Translations under genes and position numbers: made by a program | The notes under the pieces: model-generated | Database searches by the model: none | What the model was told of the DNA's origin: nothing | The model's input: only the letters and a program-made list of their open reading frames with translations | Origin: Macrostomum hystrix | Lineage: Eukaryota > Animalia > Platyhelminthes | NCBI GenBank assembly: GCA_950097015.1 | Contig: CATNEN010000038.1 | Coordinates: forward strand, 19,034,001-19,098,000 | Length of the DNA: 64,000 bases | Direction: 5' to 3' | Shown: positions 60,091-64,000 of the stretch, one piece after another | Numbering within the stretch: the stretch's first letter is position 1 | Layout of the letters: each line of letters opens with the position of its first letter

Positions 60091-63000
60091 GAGTTTTCAT
60101 TAATGAGTTTCTGAGGGGGGAATTAGTTCTCTGCTGCTGGGGGACATTAGTTTTAGGTGTGTTTTGTCATTCTGCATGGCACAAGATTATTTGTCTAAAT
60201 AGTAGTATTTTAATACGTAATTGTGCCAAAGAGCAGTAATAAAAAGAAATGCCACAAATTGTCAATAAAACTTTTAGTTTAGACTAAAAGAAATAATAGA
60301 ATGTTTATAAAATAATACTTTCATGAATTATTTCATGAAATAAATAAACCCAGTCTAGGTGGGCTAGACAAGGTAGCTAAACTTGAGAATTTCAGCAGTT
60401 TTAGAAACTAGAAACTGGTTAGGACACCTAAGCCAAAGGAGGGTCAAAGTCAAAGCCAAAACTTGATAGGATCTGGAGTGGTAAAGAAGGCAGAGTATTC
60501 TAGTTGTGTTAGTTATAATGTTAAGTTAGCAGCCTAGGTCTACTGGATTAGACTAGAATATGAAGACCTGCATACACTGTGGACTAAAAGAAAAAAGAAA
60601 CATTAGTGTGGATATCAATTAAGTGCCTAGCCTTGGATAGAATCAAATATACTTGTTTGGCATAACTAAGATGTATAATCTAGATCATCTGGTATACTAG
60701 GGTAATGTATCATCAACCGAACAGTGTATCTTCAAAACTGAACAAGAATTTTGACTTTTTCCTTGGTCTCATGCAAGACAGAAACAAGCTATTGTGTTTC
60801 ACAGAACAACTAATTTAAAAGTTGAAGAAATTTCCTACAAGCTGAGGCATGATCTGCAATGAAGCATTAAGAGGAACGAAAGATATTGATGTTTCAGTAT
60901 AAATTTTTATTGCAAAAGCATACTTTTAAAAAACATTTTTTCAGTATATACTTTAGACGAAGATTGTATGTGTTTGCTTGCCAATTAACTGACCATAAAT
61001 GTAGTTATTAATAGAGCATGAAAATGCTTTCAAATTACATAATTCATCATAGTTCACTCCTTAAAATAAGATTAAACCACTCACTCAAATTGTAAAACCA
61101 AACATCAAATTCTCTGTTTGGTTTGAAGATACATGAAAATCATTGTTTGGTTTTAGATAAAAAGCAGGAATAACATTTTTCTATTTGATAAAATAGCAAA
61201 AACAGATACTTTTTAGAAAGATTTAACTGTTTTCTATAACTTGGCTTTTGATTTATCATATCTTAAATAGAAAATCTGTAGCTTAGGTTTGAAATTAAAA
61301 AAATACACATTCTTGTATGGTTGATGATACATTACCCTAAGAAATACTAAAAAGCCACTAAATCAAGGAAAGAGCCACTTTTTGTCAAAAGACTTTTTAG
61401 TTCTAGACTGTTTGTCAACTAGAAAATATGGCATATTTAATGAAATTAGGAATTCATAACACATCTTAAAACAATGACTAAATTTAGCTTTAATCCATAA
61501 TTATATGTTAGTATGCTTGATATGCTTACCATCATAGCCACGCCACTAAGCCTAATTTAAACAATATCTCTTAATAAATAAATAAAATACAAGATTTTTA
61601 CATTGCCTAGTTTTTAACCAGTCACTTCAAGTCTACAAGCTAACAAGCTTTGAATATGTGACACTAATATGACCCTGGGGAGTATTAAGAAATATTCAAA
61701 TATATCAAAACATTGACTCATATCTGGATGTGCTCACATTGTAACGAAAACATTGCAAGCCAATTGTAGTAAGAAGACAAGGCCTTAAACAAAAAAATTT
61801 ACATTATTCATAGTAATGTAAATGCGAACGCAAAATTAACTGTTGGAATATACAGAAAATTTTGAGTAAGAATAACTGTCTAAGAGTGTATTTAAACAGT
61901 TGACTTTTGAGTCAGAATATTCCAACAGTTTATTTCAAGTCGGAATAACTGTCTGAGAGCATATTAGATGTATGCATGTAATTTCTAGTCAGAATAACAG
62001 TCTGAGAGTGTATTTAAACAAACTGACTTTCGAGTTGGAATAATTGTTGGAATAACTAGGAATATGCCAACAGGCAACAGGTAGGAACACAATAACTGTC
62101 GGAATAAGTGTTGGAATATTCCAAGTTGGACAAAGTTTCTAAGCTTATTATTATTAAGTTTCTCAGATTGTATGTCAAGTAAATAGCCTGTCATAGGCAG
62201 CAGATAAGAACAGGTCACCAGCTGCAGCAGAGAGTTTTGTAAGCAGCTGATGGCATTTATCTACTTTCTAGCTGAACAAATATACACTGCACTTGGCGCC
62301 CTTGATGACAAAGCTAACACAGAGGCACAGTTTTGCTTTGTTGAAATGACCTAGCTGTACAGTAAGGGCAACCAGAATTTCTGTCTTAGCTAATCTACTT
62401 GTCAAACAAAAGTCAATTTTAATTATTTACTCGATAAAATCAAGTAAATCAAAATTAACAAAAGTTGTGTTGTTATGAATACAACAGCAACTTTTAAAGG
62501 CACGAAATCTAAAAAAAGTTTAAACAGAAAGGAGATTTAAGCATTGGATATCTTGCCAAAAACAAAATAATATGTCAGAATTCATGAAAAGAAATGTTGA
62601 GGGCGAAAACTTAACAAAACACATAGACGCAGGACATTATCTGCATTGCGGCGAGTTTATATTTAAAAGTTGTCACGCTTTTTAACTTTTATTAAAGAAA
62701 AACAGTATTTATATAATTTTTATACATTTTTAATGTATCCTAAATTTTTTAGTTGTGTCTGTTCAAAAAGTGCTATAATATTTTTAAACGTTTGTTAAAC
62801 ATTCTATTTAAAGCCGGGAAATTTTCTTTGTTTTGTTTAACATTTCTATGTTTTGAAAACCCATCCAAACTCCTCTTCCTTTCGTTTCTTATCAACATAG
62901 CAGAGCTTTCAACAAAGTAGCTAGCTTGTAGTAGGTATCGTACATAGTGGTATGTGGTACATGGCTTTGATAAATAGCTAGGCCTGGCGTATAGCTATGA

Positions 63001-63239
63001 CTATACACTAGCTTCTATTCACTATGCCTTTATACACCATGTCGAAATAGCCACACGTCATAGAGGCCACAAATAGTTGGCCTTAAGCAACTAGGCTATA
63101 GTCACCGAAGTTTAAATATTAGGACTATGAAATAATGCGAAAGTTTTAAGTCTGATAGGCTGGGCTGTAGACTGTAATAATACAATCCTTAGCATAATGC
63201 CAAAATAGCATGTTTGGACAATCCCAATCGTTTGCCATT

Positions 63240-63990
63240 TTAATAGCCTAGGCCTAATAGGTTACTAATACAATAGTAGGCCTAGCTAACTGTCCATGTA
63301 GAAGCTGTTCACCCTTAAGCCATAAATAAGCCTCTGTCTCTTAAGGGCGATAGAACTGTAAATTTGCTAGGCCTACAAAATATGTTACTAGGCCAGTCAA
63401 TTAATTTGTATATTAGGCCTAGGGGCCTACCTCTGTAGGCCTATGTTGTAGGCCTAATGAAAGGTTAGGCTATACCTAATTTCTTAGTTGTAGCTAGGCC
63501 TTGGGGAGCTAAGTCTCCCCTCATGCAACACAAGTTAGCTACAAGGGCCTAATCCTAATGCATTAGTTGGGTGCATTTTCTATTTTATAGGGCCTAAGGG
63601 ATATTTTATTTATTTGTTAGGCCCTACCAGTGACCAAGGCCTAGGCTATCTGTTACCAGTATTGGTGATTAAGTTTGTGCCAACCAGACAAAAGCACAAT
63701 GGCTAGTAAATAGCTATCAATTGCTCCTAATTTTTTAATAGCCCTTGTACTATCTTTAAGCAAGATAATATTCTTGCTAGCACCTATCACTAGTAGGCCC
63801 CTACATATAAGTATAAACATAGCACAAGCACAATATGTTTAAATTATTGTGCCTGTGGCTGTCTTTAGGACTAGCCTATACCTCTGCTAGTTTCTGAATG
63901 TGGCCTATAGGTTCAGATAAAAAAAACAAAGTTTGGTCTTAGGCCTATCTAATGAATATTTTTTGTGAAAAACTTTTCTAGCTAGGCCCT
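63240..63990. repeat. Region enriched in the palindrome TAGGCCTA/AGGCCT
   Basis: More than 10 dispersed occurrences; no ORF. Confidence 0.5.
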
Positions 63991-64000
63991 AACTCAATGA

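Noticed and set aside
60100-64000. Possible genes in the terminal AT-rich region
   Set aside because: No credible ORFs or RNA motifs; probably upstream intron or 5' region of the LEM gene.

Overview
Eukaryotic (animal) genomic DNA with GT-AG introns, many of them filled by minisatellites. By style it resembles a free-living flatworm such as Macrostomum; this is inference only. Protein genes reconstructed by hand: a thyroid-hormone-receptor-like nuclear receptor (+, 10 coding exons, ~816 aa); a small CxxC protein (+, weak); an ~870-aa protein ending in a divergent STAR/KH domain (-); LAMTOR3 (-); a carboxypeptidase D-like gene (-); and an emerin/LAP2-like LEM-domain tail-anchored protein (-, 216 aa). 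The main unannotated system lies in the introns of the LEM gene (45.0-59.8 kb). It is an array of about 26 box C/D snoRNA genes, about 20 intact, all on the host strand. All intact copies carry two guides complementary to the conserved LSU rRNA segment CCAAAUGCCUCGUCAUCUAA (U15/SNORD15-snR13/snR75-type targets). The copies form two subfamilies whose D' guides differ in register by one nucleotide, predicting methylation of adjacent residues. The array is interspersed with five copies of a ~190-nt three-hairpin H/ACA-like RNA, shows kilobase-scale segmental duplications, and is interrupted by a decayed, intron-containing Crypton-like tyrosine-recombinase element bounded by ATGGTG direct repeats. 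Also present are two tRNA-derived SINE families, two MITE types and about 20 distinct minisatellites.
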